DNA of 38,814 nucleotides from a virus. Taxonomy: Duplodnaviria; Caudoviricetes. The position numbers and the translations under genes are program-made. The first letter of the stretch is position 1. Every line of letters begins with the position of its first letter. A model generated the notes under the pieces. The model was not told where the DNA came from. It was given only the letters and a program-made list of their open reading frames with translations, and did not search any database. The DNA lies in the IMG/VR virus record IMGVR_UViG_3300019996_000012, positions 1 to 38,814 of that record; one strand, given 5' to 3'. This document shows positions 1 to 7,530 of this stretch, piece after piece.

Positions 1-1106
1 TCCCGAGGAACATTAGGGACGCGCAAATTGAACTTAATCGAAGACGAAATAGACTGCTCGACATCATGGATGCACAAGTGCAGTCCGGACTCATGGTCAA
101 AGAAAACGCCTTGGTCAATCCTGAAGACGCCTTTATGCAAGGCCCGGGTAAAGTCCTTTATTTCAAACAATCCGCAAATTTGGCTTCAGACGTTGCCCCA
201 ATTCCCCCCCCTCCCGTAGCACAAGGATGGATGGAATTAATCCAAACTATTGAAAAAGAGATCATGGATATTGTGGGTCCAGAAGAGCTTTTCGCTCAGA
301 ATATGGGTGCAAAAGAGATGACTGGCGTTCTCATGAAACTAAAGATGGGTGCGGGATTAACTGGCTTACGTAATATCTTCGACAGGTTAAACCAGTCTCA
401 AATGCTTCTTGGAGAGATATTCGATGAGATGGTCGTCAATAATTTCAGCGAAGGAAAAGTGGCACAAATTTTAGGGAAAGCGCCTTCACAACACTTCTTC
501 GATAAAACTTTCACAAAATATCATTGTTCCGTTGAAGAAGCAGAACTTACATCAAGCCAACGTCAACTACAATTCTTACAAGCGATCCAAATGCAACAGA
601 TGGGGATTCAGATTCCTTCGAAATATCTATTGGAGAAAAGTTCATTACAAGATAAAAAGGGCCTTATCGAAACAATCGAACAGCAAGAACAAGAAGCGGC
701 ACAGATGCAACAAGCACAGGCGATGGCGGAATTAGAACAGGCCCAAGTTCTATCTCGCAGCATAGAAGCAAAAGCACAAAACGATTATGCTTCTGCTGAA
801 GAGAAGAAAGCGCGAGTGATTATGGATATTGCTAAAGCGCAAGAAGAATCCGGGCAAGCACTTCAAAACAGAGCGATGGCAAACCTAGATAACGCCAAAG
901 CATTAAAAGAATTGGAAGAAGTCGACGAAAACAGATTGATTAAACTCTCTGACTTTATCCTTTCTGTTCAAGAACGACAGCAGCAAATGGAACATGCAGA
1001 AGATCAAGCGATGATGATGGAAGCTGAAGCTGTCAAAGCCCCTGTAGAACGTTCAGAGCAAGAATCTCGTGTTAAAAAATCATCCCTATCGGAAGCTATC
1101 GCGTGA
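1..1106 (+). CDS. Portal protein, C-terminal part (P22-like); continues from 37840-38814
   Basis: The frame is open from position 3 (PRNIRDAQIELNRRRNRLLDIMDAQ...). It has a Gln/Glu-rich coiled-coil C-terminus typical of P22-type portals. The N-terminal half lies at the window end, downstream of terL. Confidence 0.85.
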   Translation, partial: PRNIRDAQIELNRRRNRLLDIMDAQVQSGLMVKENALVNPEDAFMQGPGKVLYFKQSANLASDVAPIPPPPVAQGWMELIQTIEKEIMDIVGPEELFAQNMGAKEMTGVLMKLKMGAGLTGLRNIFDRLNQSQMLLGEIFDEMVVNNFSEGKVAQILGKAPSQHFFDKTFTKYHCSVEEAELTSSQRQLQFLQAIQMQQMGIQIPSKYLLEKSSLQDKKGLIETIEQQEQEAAQMQQAQAMAELEQAQVLSRSIEAKAQNDYASAEEKKARVIMDIAKAQEESGQALQNRAMANLDNAKALKELEEVDENRLIKLSDFILSVQERQQQMEHAEDQAMMMEAEAVKAPVERSEQESRVKKSSLSEAIA

Positions 1107-1315
1107 TCGAAGATTTGTCAGATGACATTAGATATGTGATTGAAGATCTAGATAAGATGCAAGAAATCGAAAATATTCAATCCGTGATTTCTCCATTGAT
1201 ACGCGAAATGTGTGAAAAATACGGTCGTGATCGTGTTGTGGACGCACTCCGTTCGTTCGTAAACATCACTTATATCTATTCAGATAAGCCACAAGAATTA
1301 CGCGATTATCCTTAA
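1103..1315 (+). CDS. Hypothetical protein
   Basis: 70-aa ORF whose GTG start overlaps the portal stop (GTGA). Confidence 0.6.
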   Translation: MIEDLSDDIRYVIEDLDKMQEIENIQSVISPLIREMCEKYGRDRVVDALRSFVNITYIYSDKPQELRDYP

Positions 1316-1654
1316 TTAACTATCAAACAATCCTAAACAATTCATGATCTTGCACATGGTTGAAAAAGTAGGATTTTTACTTTTCAACGCATGATATAAA
1401 GTAGATCTTGAAAGAGAATTTTTCTTTGACGCTTGATATTTATTTACTACTTCTAAATGCGTTTCAAGAATTTCAACAGCTGATTTTACGTCATTATCTT
1501 TCATACAATCCAAAACAGCCGCAAGTATGAACTTTTTGTCCAATAAATTCTGGTCTGGATCATGTGGAAGCACTTTTGCGTCAGATCTCAAGGTTCTAAT
1601 AGGTGTTTTCCCGATAGATCTTCTTGGCTTTCTTAATGTCTTTGTCTTGACCAT
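1316..1654 (-). CDS. Addiction-module antidote (HigA-like HTH antitoxin)
   Basis: C-terminal HTH 'LSRSTLYHALKSKNPTFSTMCKIM'. Strong AGGAGG RBS 8 nt before the ATG. Lies downstream of and overlaps a RelE/HigB-like toxin gene. Confidence 0.85.
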   Translation of the reverse strand: MVKTKTLRKPRRSIGKTPIRTLRSDAKVLPHDPDQNLLDKKFILAAVLDCMKDNDVKSAVEILETHLEVVNKYQASKKNSLSRSTLYHALKSKNPTFSTMCKIMNCLGLFDS

Positions 1655-1889
1655 TTTTATTTCCTCCTAACAACAATAATATTTTTTCTTTTGGAAAGTA
1701 ACAATAATAGACTCTTTTACCATCCGTCCATTTAAGTTCCCAAACACCGTCATCCAAATTTTTACACAAACCAAAAAAGCCACCATCCCTAATCATCTTT
1801 ACGCGCTTTTCTATCTGTGCCTTATCTTTTGGAGTCTGTTCATTGAACCAATTTAAAAACTCGTAAGATTTCGCTATCTCATATTCCAT
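1596..1889 (-). CDS. Type II toxin, RelE/ParE superfamily (HigB-like addiction-module killer)
   Basis: 'F..WF......K.QIEKRV..I..G.FG..KNL.DGVWELKW..GKRVYY....ILLLLGGNKNGQDKDIKKAK' signature. The likely start is ATG 1889 (MEYEIAKS) rather than TTG 1925. Confidence 0.9.
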   Translation of the reverse strand: MEYEIAKSYEFLNWFNEQTPKDKAQIEKRVKMIRDGGFFGLCKNLDDGVWELKWTDGKRVYYCYFPKEKILLLLGGNKNGQDKDIKKAKKIYRENTY

Positions 1890-1895
1890 AACTAT

Positions 1896-1989
1896 ATTGT
1901 GCCATGCAAGGAACGTTTTCTGCAAGAAATTTTACGCAAAAAAAACTTAAGTTAATTTTCTTGCACCATATATCCCATATATATAGAGT
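1896..1989. promoter_or_regulatory. Divergent sigma70-type promoters for higBA (-) and parA (+)
   Basis: + strand: TTGCAC(1961-66)-17-TAGAGT(1984-89). - strand: TTGCAG(1925-20)-18-CACAAT with upstream TG. A 9-bp inverted repeat TGCAAGAAA(1921-29)/TTTCTTGCA(1957-65) overlaps both -35 boxes. Confidence 0.55.
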
Positions 1990-2018
1990 ATATGCTTTCT
2001 ATATAGGGGGCATATATG
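1967..2018. repeat. TATATA/CATATA repeat array upstream of parA (candidate centromere/operator)
   Basis: catatatcccatatatatagagtatatgctttctatatagggggcatatatg: about 5 ATATA-type cores at roughly helical spacing. Confidence 0.55.
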
Positions 2019-2651
2019 ATTATTGTAATCGGTGGAATAAAAGGTGGGCCTGGAAAAACCACAATAGCTACTAATCTTACGGTACTTAGGTCACAAAAAG
2101 GAAAGAAAGTATTGCTTGTTGATGCTGACGAACAGAAATCAGCTTCTGTTTGGTCTGCTCAAAGGGATGCTTTAGCTATTTCTTCTCCATGGACAACTAT
2201 CCAATTATCAGGAAGAGCTGTTCATACTGAACTTCAAAAACTTTCTGCTCATTATGACGACATCATTGTTGATACTGGTGGCAGAGACAACTCATCTCAA
2301 AGAAGCGCGTTAACTGTTGCTTCGGTGTTTCTTGTTCCTTTTCGTCCGCGTTCATTAGATATATGGACAATCGGCGATGTTGCACAATTGATTTCAGAAG
2401 TTAAGGTGATCAATCCAAAATTGCTTTGTTATACTGTTATCAATCAAGGTGATGCTTCTGGAAATGATAACAAGGAGGCTAAAGAAATCTTATCTGAATG
2501 TGAACATTTCAAATGTTTCCCTAACTTCTTAGGTAATCGAAAGTCTTTTGCATCGGCCACAGCTAAGGGTCTTGCGGTATGTGAGAACAAGCCTTTGGAT
2601 AAAAAATCAATAATCGAAATGAATATGCTTTACGAAATGATATATAAGTAA
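2016..2651 (+). CDS. parA: ParA-family partition ATPase (short, type Ib-like)
   Basis: Deviant Walker A GGIKGGPGKTT, A' 'VLLVDADEQ', Walker B 'YDDIIVDTGG'; 211 aa with no N-terminal HTH. Confidence 0.92.
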   Translation: MIIVIGGIKGGPGKTTIATNLTVLRSQKGKKVLLVDADEQKSASVWSAQRDALAISSPWTTIQLSGRAVHTELQKLSAHYDDIIVDTGGRDNSSQRSALTVASVFLVPFRPRSLDIWTIGDVAQLISEVKVINPKLLCYTVINQGDASGNDNKEAKEILSECEHFKCFPNFLGNRKSFASATAKGLAVCENKPLDKKSIIEMNMLYEMIYK

Positions 2652-2712
2652 TATATAGGCTGCATATGTGGTCTATATATGTGGTATATATCCAATATAT
2701 AGGGTCTGTATG
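2639..2712. repeat. Second TATATA repeat array between parA and its partner gene
   Basis: gatatataagtaatatataggctgcatatgtggtctatatatgtggtatatatccaatatatagggtctgtatg: about 6 cores similar to the upstream array. Confidence 0.55.
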
Positions 2713-2718
2713 GTTGTA

Positions 2719-2952
2719 ATGAAAAAGATAGAAAAACCGTCTGAAAAAGATCGTGAGGATTTTATTTCCAAAGGGAGTCAAACGCCTGCCGATGTCAAAA
2801 AAAAAGATGAAAATGAATGGACAAATATTCTGATACGCATTAAAAAAAGCGCTCTCAAACAAGTTGATGAGAGGGTTGAAAGTCGTATGGGTATGTGGAG
2901 AACAGGCTGGATTTTGGAAGCCATTCAGGAGAAATTAGATGCCGACATATAG
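2719..2952 (+). CDS. Small ParA partner, probable ribbon-helix-helix centromere-binding protein
   Basis: 77 aa directly after parA: flexible N-terminus 'EDFISKG', then a beta strand 'TNILIRI' and two helices ending 'WILEAIQEKL'. ATG 2719 is preferred because the upstream extension is the TATATA array. Confidence 0.7.
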   Translation: MKKIEKPSEKDREDFISKGSQTPADVKKKDENEWTNILIRIKKSALKQVDERVESRMGMWRTGWILEAIQEKLDADI

Positions 2953-3127
2953 TTACAGATGTGATTATTGCAAATATCATGTTGAAGTTCAGCAACCGAT
3001 AACCTCTAAACCTTTAAGTGCGTGTCCTAAATGTGATAGAAACAACTTCAGAAGAGAGCCTGGAGGTGGTTTAGGTTTTCATTTCAAAGGAACTGGCTTT
3101 TATGCCACAGATTATAAAGATAAATAA
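2939..3127 (+). CDS. FmdB-family zinc-ribbon protein
   Basis: MPTYSYRCDYC...CPKC...FHFKGTGFYATDY signature. Confidence 0.9.
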   Translation: MPTYSYRCDYCKYHVEVQQPITSKPLSACPKCDRNNFRREPGGGLGFHFKGTGFYATDYKDK

Positions 3128-3351
3128 TGAGTGAGGAAGTGAAAGCAATCGATAACATTAATCATCCCGAGCACTACAAAGGAAAAGGATTAGAAGCAAT
3201 CGACATTATCGAAGCTTTTGAACTTAACTTTTCTTTAGGAAATGCCCTTAAGTATATTCTAAGAGCTGGAAAGAAAGGTGATCGAATTGAAGATTTGCAA
3301 AAGGCTATTTGGTATCTGAATAGGGAATTGGAAAAGGAAAACAATGAGTGA
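3127..3351 (+). CDS. DUF3310 (SaV-like) phage protein
   Basis: 'DNINHPEHY..G.EAIDII.....F.LGNALKYILRAGKKG...EDLQKAIWYL'. Confidence 0.9.
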   Translation: MSEEVKAIDNINHPEHYKGKGLEAIDIIEAFELNFSLGNALKYILRAGKKGDRIEDLQKAIWYLNRELEKENNE

Positions 3352-3428
3352 AATTTCTTGGCCAACAGCTTTATTTATGTCTGTCCTGTTCATATGTTGT
3401 GCTGCAATTGTTATAAGGTCGATGCCCA

Positions 3429-4154
3429 ATGATAATTGACTGCATTTCCGATCTACATGGCCATTATCCCGAATTAGAAGGCGGAGACTTGCTAATCGTT
3501 GGGGGGGATTGGACGGCTAGTGATACTTTTGAAGAAAATGGGGAATTCCTTATTTGGGCTATTTCAAGAGCACAGAAACAATATAAAAAAGTAGTTTTAA
3601 TCGCAGGAAATCATGATAATTTAATCTATAAAGCATATAAAAATGGAAATGAAACTTATCAATATCTGTCACTAAGTTATCTCTGCGACTCCGGGACAGA
3701 ACTTACTTATCACAATGAGAGATTCCCTGAAGAAGATGAAGGGTTTCTGCCTAGTGGGAAAAGGACTTTTAAGATTTGGGGTTCTCCTTGGACAAAGACA
3801 TTCGAAGGCATGAACCCACATTGTAAAGCATTCACGGTTGATACCGAAGCAGAATTGGAAGAAAAGTGGAAATTGATTCCTGACGATGTAGATATTTTAA
3901 TAACTCATTCGCCAGAGTTTGGAAGCTTGGATGCAATTCCCAATATGTATGATGGAACTCTTTTTCATGCTGGATCGAAAAGCTTACGCGACACTTATAA
4001 AAGAATTAAACCCAAATTGCATGTATTTGGGCATATCCACGAAGGATATGGAAGCGCAGCGGCAGACTTTGATTTAAACACTATTTTTGTCAACGCCAGC
4101 CATGTAAACGAACATTATAAGCCAGTGAATAAACCCATAAGGATTGTTCTGTGA
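3429..4154 (+). CDS. Calcineurin-like metallophosphoesterase
   Basis: Motifs SDLHG, GD, GNHD, ILITH, FGHIHE; also 'IWGSPWT' of the MPPED/239FB-like subgroup. Confidence 0.92.
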   Translation: MIIDCISDLHGHYPELEGGDLLIVGGDWTASDTFEENGEFLIWAISRAQKQYKKVVLIAGNHDNLIYKAYKNGNETYQYLSLSYLCDSGTELTYHNERFPEEDEGFLPSGKRTFKIWGSPWTKTFEGMNPHCKAFTVDTEAELEEKWKLIPDDVDILITHSPEFGSLDAIPNMYDGTLFHAGSKSLRDTYKRIKPKLHVFGHIHEGYGSAAADFDLNTIFVNASHVNEHYKPVNKPIRIVL

Positions 4155-4286
4155 AAGCTGAAGAGTTAACATTGTTTTATGGTCTTTGTCCAAAATGTAA
4201 AAATAATAGCCCATACTATAGAGTAAACGGCATTTTATGGATGAACCATTGTGGTTCTTACTGGTCTTTTAATTTTGGTGTATCTA

Positions 4287-4592
4287 ATGTCAAATGAATG
4301 CGACAAGTGCGGCGAGCATGCTTTGGAGTGTGGATGTTTTTGCAATAAGAAAGGATTTGGGAAAGACTATTGGTTTAAGTTCCGAGACAGTATTTATGAA
4401 GTAGGTAAACCAAATTTCTCTATTGTTTCAAACGGAGAAGATGAGAATCCTGATCTAAATGTCGTGAGAATCTCGGATTGCAAATTTAATGTTTTCATAG
4501 ATGTTTCATGCAATGGGGATTATCGAGATGCTTTGGAAAGAACTAAGGCATTATGTAATGTTCTTAATGCTGATTACCCTTTTATGAACTAA
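4287..4592 (+). CDS. Hypothetical protein with N-terminal Cys motif (CDKCGEHALEC)
   Basis: ORF; ATG 4287 is the probable start. Confidence 0.6.
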   Translation: MSNECDKCGEHALECGCFCNKKGFGKDYWFKFRDSIYEVGKPNFSIVSNGEDENPDLNVVRISDCKFNVFIDVSCNGDYRDALERTKALCNVLNADYPFMN

Positions 4593-4628
4593 ATCTGTTA
4601 CGCCACCGTCCGGTACCGTAACAGATTT
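4591..4628. repeat. Perfect 12-bp inverted repeat (hairpin) between small ORFs
   Basis: AAATCTGTTACG (4591-4602) / CGTAACAGATTT (4617-4628), 14-nt loop. Confidence 0.7.
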
Positions 4629-4638
4629 TAAGGAAAAT

Positions 4639-4863
4639 ATGGCGGAAGAATTTATTGAAGCGATCAATCAGTATATCGATTATTGGTCTAAACAAACAGA
4701 TAGAACAGAAAAAGAGAAGATGGAAGGGCTAGCTTTTTCAATTCTCTGTATTCTTGACGGCACAAGCGGTTCTTTCTCTGGTGATATAAATTCTTTAGCT
4801 AAAGAATGCGATCATTTAATGTTGCATGATCAATTTTATAAAAACGAGTCGGTTACAAAATGA
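4639..4863 (+). CDS. Hypothetical phage protein
   Basis: 74-aa ORF with AAGGA RBS; 'YW......EK.EGLAFSIL.ILDG.S' motif. Confidence 0.7.
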   Translation: MAEEFIEAINQYIDYWSKQTDRTEKEKMEGLAFSILCILDGTSGSFSGDINSLAKECDHLMLHDQFYKNESVTK

Positions 4864-4993
4864 CATCGACTGAAGGAATGAAATCAGATTATTTAAATCA
4901 AAAAACCTGAAACTACCATGGTTGAAAAGTAGTTTTAGGCGGTCCCACGGCAGGTCGTAGCTTTAGCAGGGCGGTGCCGTAATTTGAGGATTT

Positions 4994-5179
4994 ATGGAAT
5001 GGATTACCTTTAAAGATAGATTACCTAAAAATAATGAAAAGATAAAAGTGCAATCTGAAGATTTATGGCGTGGCGAAGGAATTTTTCAGGATGGTAAATT
5101 TGTCTATTCATGGATTAAAGGGGCTTGTTGCGGTATTCCTACACATTGGAAGCCATTCCTAGACTCGCCGAAGGAATGA
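4994..5179 (+). CDS. DUF551-like protein
   Basis: 'MEWITFKDRLP...THWKP'; GAGG RBS. Confidence 0.75.
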   Translation: MEWITFKDRLPKNNEKIKVQSEDLWRGEGIFQDGKFVYSWIKGACCGIPTHWKPFLDSPKE

Positions 5180-5180
5180 T

Positions 5181-5405
5181 ATGGAATGGCTCAGTGTTAA
5201 AGAAAAAGTGCCTAAAAAGTACCAACGCGTACTTGTCACTGACGGAAAACAGATTTGTTTGCATTACAAACAATCATTCATAAAGTGGGAAGACGAAGCA
5301 GGTCATGATTTATATTGCTCTTGTCCCGAAAATCACGATAGATGCGAGTTTAGAGAGGGTGATATAACCCATTGGATGCCGCTACCATTGACACCAAAGG
5401 AATAA
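5181..5405 (+). CDS. DUF551 domain protein
   Basis: 'MEWLSVKEKVP....VLV...ITHWMPLP'. Confidence 0.85.
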   Translation: MEWLSVKEKVPKKYQRVLVTDGKQICLHYKQSFIKWEDEAGHDLYCSCPENHDRCEFREGDITHWMPLPLTPKE

Positions 5406-5461
5406 TATGTGCGCAGAGTGCGAAGTGAAATCTAAATGGCCTCCAAGGATAATTTAGAAAG

Positions 5462-5656
5462 ATGACTAGAAAATTATCTATAGAAGAACTGGTTGTAAAA
5501 ATGTACAATTTAGGAAGAGCGTATGAAAGAATGGAATATCTTTTTATGTGTTCTAAAGAGGCTATGCCTCCTCAAAACGGTTCCTGGAAAATACATGTTG
5601 CAGAACTTGGACACATCAGGGACCTAATGGATATTTCGATAGAGGAGGACGATTAA
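5462..5656 (+). CDS. Hypothetical protein
   Basis: 64-aa ORF in a packed run of small genes. Confidence 0.55.
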   Translation: MTRKLSIEELVVKMYNLGRAYERMEYLFMCSKEAMPPQNGSWKIHVAELGHIRDLMDISIEEDD

Positions 5657-5886
5657 TGATACCCCCTAGAACATTTTGTGAGAAGCTTTATGACTGCCTT
5701 CCAGAATGCTTTAAACCTCAGCCAATGAAACGTATCAAACAGGTGAGAATAGCACCAGAACCAACTGTGTTACATCCGCCAATGAGAAAAGCGCTTTCTA
5801 AGCGTAATGTGAGACTTAATTCTATGGAAGGGATGGTTCTTCATCACTTGATAGTGGATCAAAAATTCAAAGGAAAAGAGGCATGA
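5656..5886 (+). CDS. Hypothetical protein
   Basis: 76-aa ORF, GGAGG RBS, TAATG overlap with the previous gene. Confidence 0.6.
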   Translation: MIPPRTFCEKLYDCLPECFKPQPMKRIKQVRIAPEPTVLHPPMRKALSKRNVRLNSMEGMVLHHLIVDQKFKGKEA

Positions 5887-6035
5887 TTTTGTCAAATCTT
5901 TCGATGCCTTGTGGATGTGTTGTAAGGGCATATAGAATTTGAAAAACATGTTACCATGTTCACAATATATCTAGAACAAGAATCAGACAAACTTTAACAC
6001 AACTTAAGCAGGGTTATCAGACGATAACAGCACGT

Positions 6036-6065
6036 TTGACATTTTTGTATCACTTTTGCTACAAT
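6036..6065 (+). promoter_or_regulatory. Sigma70-type promoter of the second TA operon
   Basis: TTGACA(6036-41)-18-TACAAT(6060-65), then a GGAGG RBS and ATG 6085. Confidence 0.65.
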
Positions 6066-6084
6066 TAAGAAAAACGGAGGAAAT

Positions 6085-6357
6085 ATGGCAAATAAAAAAA
6101 ATCCACGTGTACATGTTACTTTACCTAAAGAGGAATATGAGATGTTATGTCTTGAAGCAAAGAAAAAACACATGAGTGTGTCAAGCATTCTAAGAATGCT
6201 TGCTATCGTTCATGTTGAGGAAGAGGAAGATAAATGGTTAGCTATTAAGGCTGAAGCAGCTGAAGAAAGATGGATCGCCGGGGGTAGAAAAACATATACG
6301 CATGAGGAAGTATGCAAGAGTTTCGGTATCAAATCGAATATTCCGAAGAATCGTTAG
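6085..6357 (+). CDS. Antitoxin (RHH/CopG-like, RelB-type)
   Basis: 'KKNPRVHVTL..EEYEML...AKKKHMSVSS', C-terminal 'TYTHEEV'; precedes and overlaps relE. Confidence 0.8.
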   Translation: MANKKNPRVHVTLPKEEYEMLCLEAKKKHMSVSSILRMLAIVHVEEEEDKWLAIKAEAAEERWIAGGRKTYTHEEVCKSFGIKSNIPKNR

Positions 6358-6581
6358 ATTTTCTTAAATCATCGCCTTCAGGTATACGTATAAAGATAAT
6401 TAGGGCAATAGAACAAAGGCTTTCAACAGATCCAAACCATTATGGAAAACCGATGGCTAGAGAATATGTTGGGTATCGAAGATTGAGAGCCGGAGACTGG
6501 CGAGTGATATATAAGGTCATAGAAAATAAATTGATTGTTTTGGTTATCGATATTGATCATAGAAAAGATATTTATGATTAA
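6312..6581 (+). CDS. relE: Type II toxin RelE/StbE family
   Basis: 'YQIEYS...L..DP..YGKPM....GYRRLRAGDWRVIY.......V.VIDIDHRKDIY'. Confidence 0.92.
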   Translation: MQEFRYQIEYSEESLDFLKSSPSGIRIKIIRAIEQRLSTDPNHYGKPMAREYVGYRRLRAGDWRVIYKVIENKLIVLVIDIDHRKDIYD

Positions 6582-6648
6582 ATTTTCTTTGTAAACAATT
6601 GCAAAATATGTATAAGGAAATTATCCCAACCTACCTTCAGGATAATAC

Positions 6649-6732
6649 ATGGAACATATTTTCGCTCTTTCTATGATGGTTTTTATCACTTCACTTTTTG
6701 GTTACGCGATTTACAAAGTGAATCAAGTATGA
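6649..6732 (+). CDS. Small hydrophobic peptide (27 aa)
   Basis: MEHIFALSMMVFITSLFGYAIYKVNQV; AGGA RBS; stop overlaps the next ATG. Below the ORF-track cutoff. Confidence 0.45.
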   Translation: MEHIFALSMMVFITSLFGYAIYKVNQV

Positions 6733-6860
6733 ATTCTCTTGAAGATGAACTCGATCGAGAAATCCCTGTTTGCAAAAGATCAAAAGATTATGATACATCT
6801 ATTTTTATAAGGTTTACGGTTCTTATTTCCCTTCTTTTGTCATTCCAGATATACTCTTGA
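6729..6860 (+). CDS. Small membrane peptide (43 aa)
   Basis: MNSLEDELDRE...IFIRFTVLISLLLSFQIYS; ATGA coupling. Confidence 0.4.
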   Translation: MNSLEDELDREIPVCKRSKDYDTSIFIRFTVLISLLLSFQIYS

Positions 6861-6882
6861 GCCTTATTAAAGGCTTATTTTA

Positions 6883-7197
6883 ATGAAAAATGATATTTGT
6901 TCAGTTTGTTCGTTTGAATTTGAAGAAAGCTCTGTACAGTATTATAGGCGCATAAAAATTAGTTTTAACGCGCCCAAAATATGCAGAGATTGTCATCGCA
7001 TAAAAAATGCTGACAAGAATGCAGAAAAAAGAAAGAAGTCAAATAAGGTTAAAACCACTCATGAAAAGTTGGTCGAAATCAAGAAACAATTCGGCTATCT
7101 TTGCACAACAATCGTCCGGCGTCGTTTGCAGATTTCCTACGAAAACGCAATCGAAATCATAAATAATTTCAACAATGAAACTAACAATTTAAGTTAG
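6883..7197 (+). CDS. Zinc finger plus FtsK-gamma-like winged-helix DNA-binding protein
   Basis: CSVC...CRDC, then 'LCTTIVRRRLQISYENAIEII', resembling the FtsK-gamma motif S.S.LQRRLRIGYNRA.RL. Confidence 0.6.
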   Translation: MKNDICSVCSFEFEESSVQYYRRIKISFNAPKICRDCHRIKNADKNAEKRKKSNKVKTTHEKLVEIKKQFGYLCTTIVRRRLQISYENAIEIINNFNNETNNLS

Positions 7198-7317
7198 TTA
7201 AATTAATTCAAATTTAATAATCCATAGTTACATAAGATTTTTCTTGCAAAAACTATTGAAATAAGTTATTGATTATTCGTTAACTAAAAAATTAACTAAC
7301 TATCCTTCAGGAGGATT

Positions 7318-7530
7318 ATGTCTAAAGGTGCATCAATTAAAAATAGTAACCCAGATCATGGCAGAGCGTCTTATGACAAAGGTTACGAATCTGATGAAAG
7401 TCATTTCTCACCACCGGGAGTTTACCCAGGCAAAAAAGAACGTGGCAATGAATACATGAAACATCAAAACGAAGCTGTAAAAAGAGATTCAGCTAAGTTG
7501 AGCAGAGAAAAATTTAGCAAGATTGCATAG
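7318..7530 (+). CDS. Hypothetical hydrophilic protein, first gene of the head operon
   Basis: Strong AGGAGG RBS; 70 aa. Confidence 0.75.
   Translation: MSKGASIKNSNPDHGRASYDKGYESDESHFSPPGVYPGKKERGNEYMKHQNEAVKRDSAKLSREKFSKIA

Noticed and set aside
2668-2718. N-terminal extension MVYICGIYPIYRVCMVV of the ParA partner
   Set aside because: This is translation of the TATATA repeat array, not protein-like sequence.
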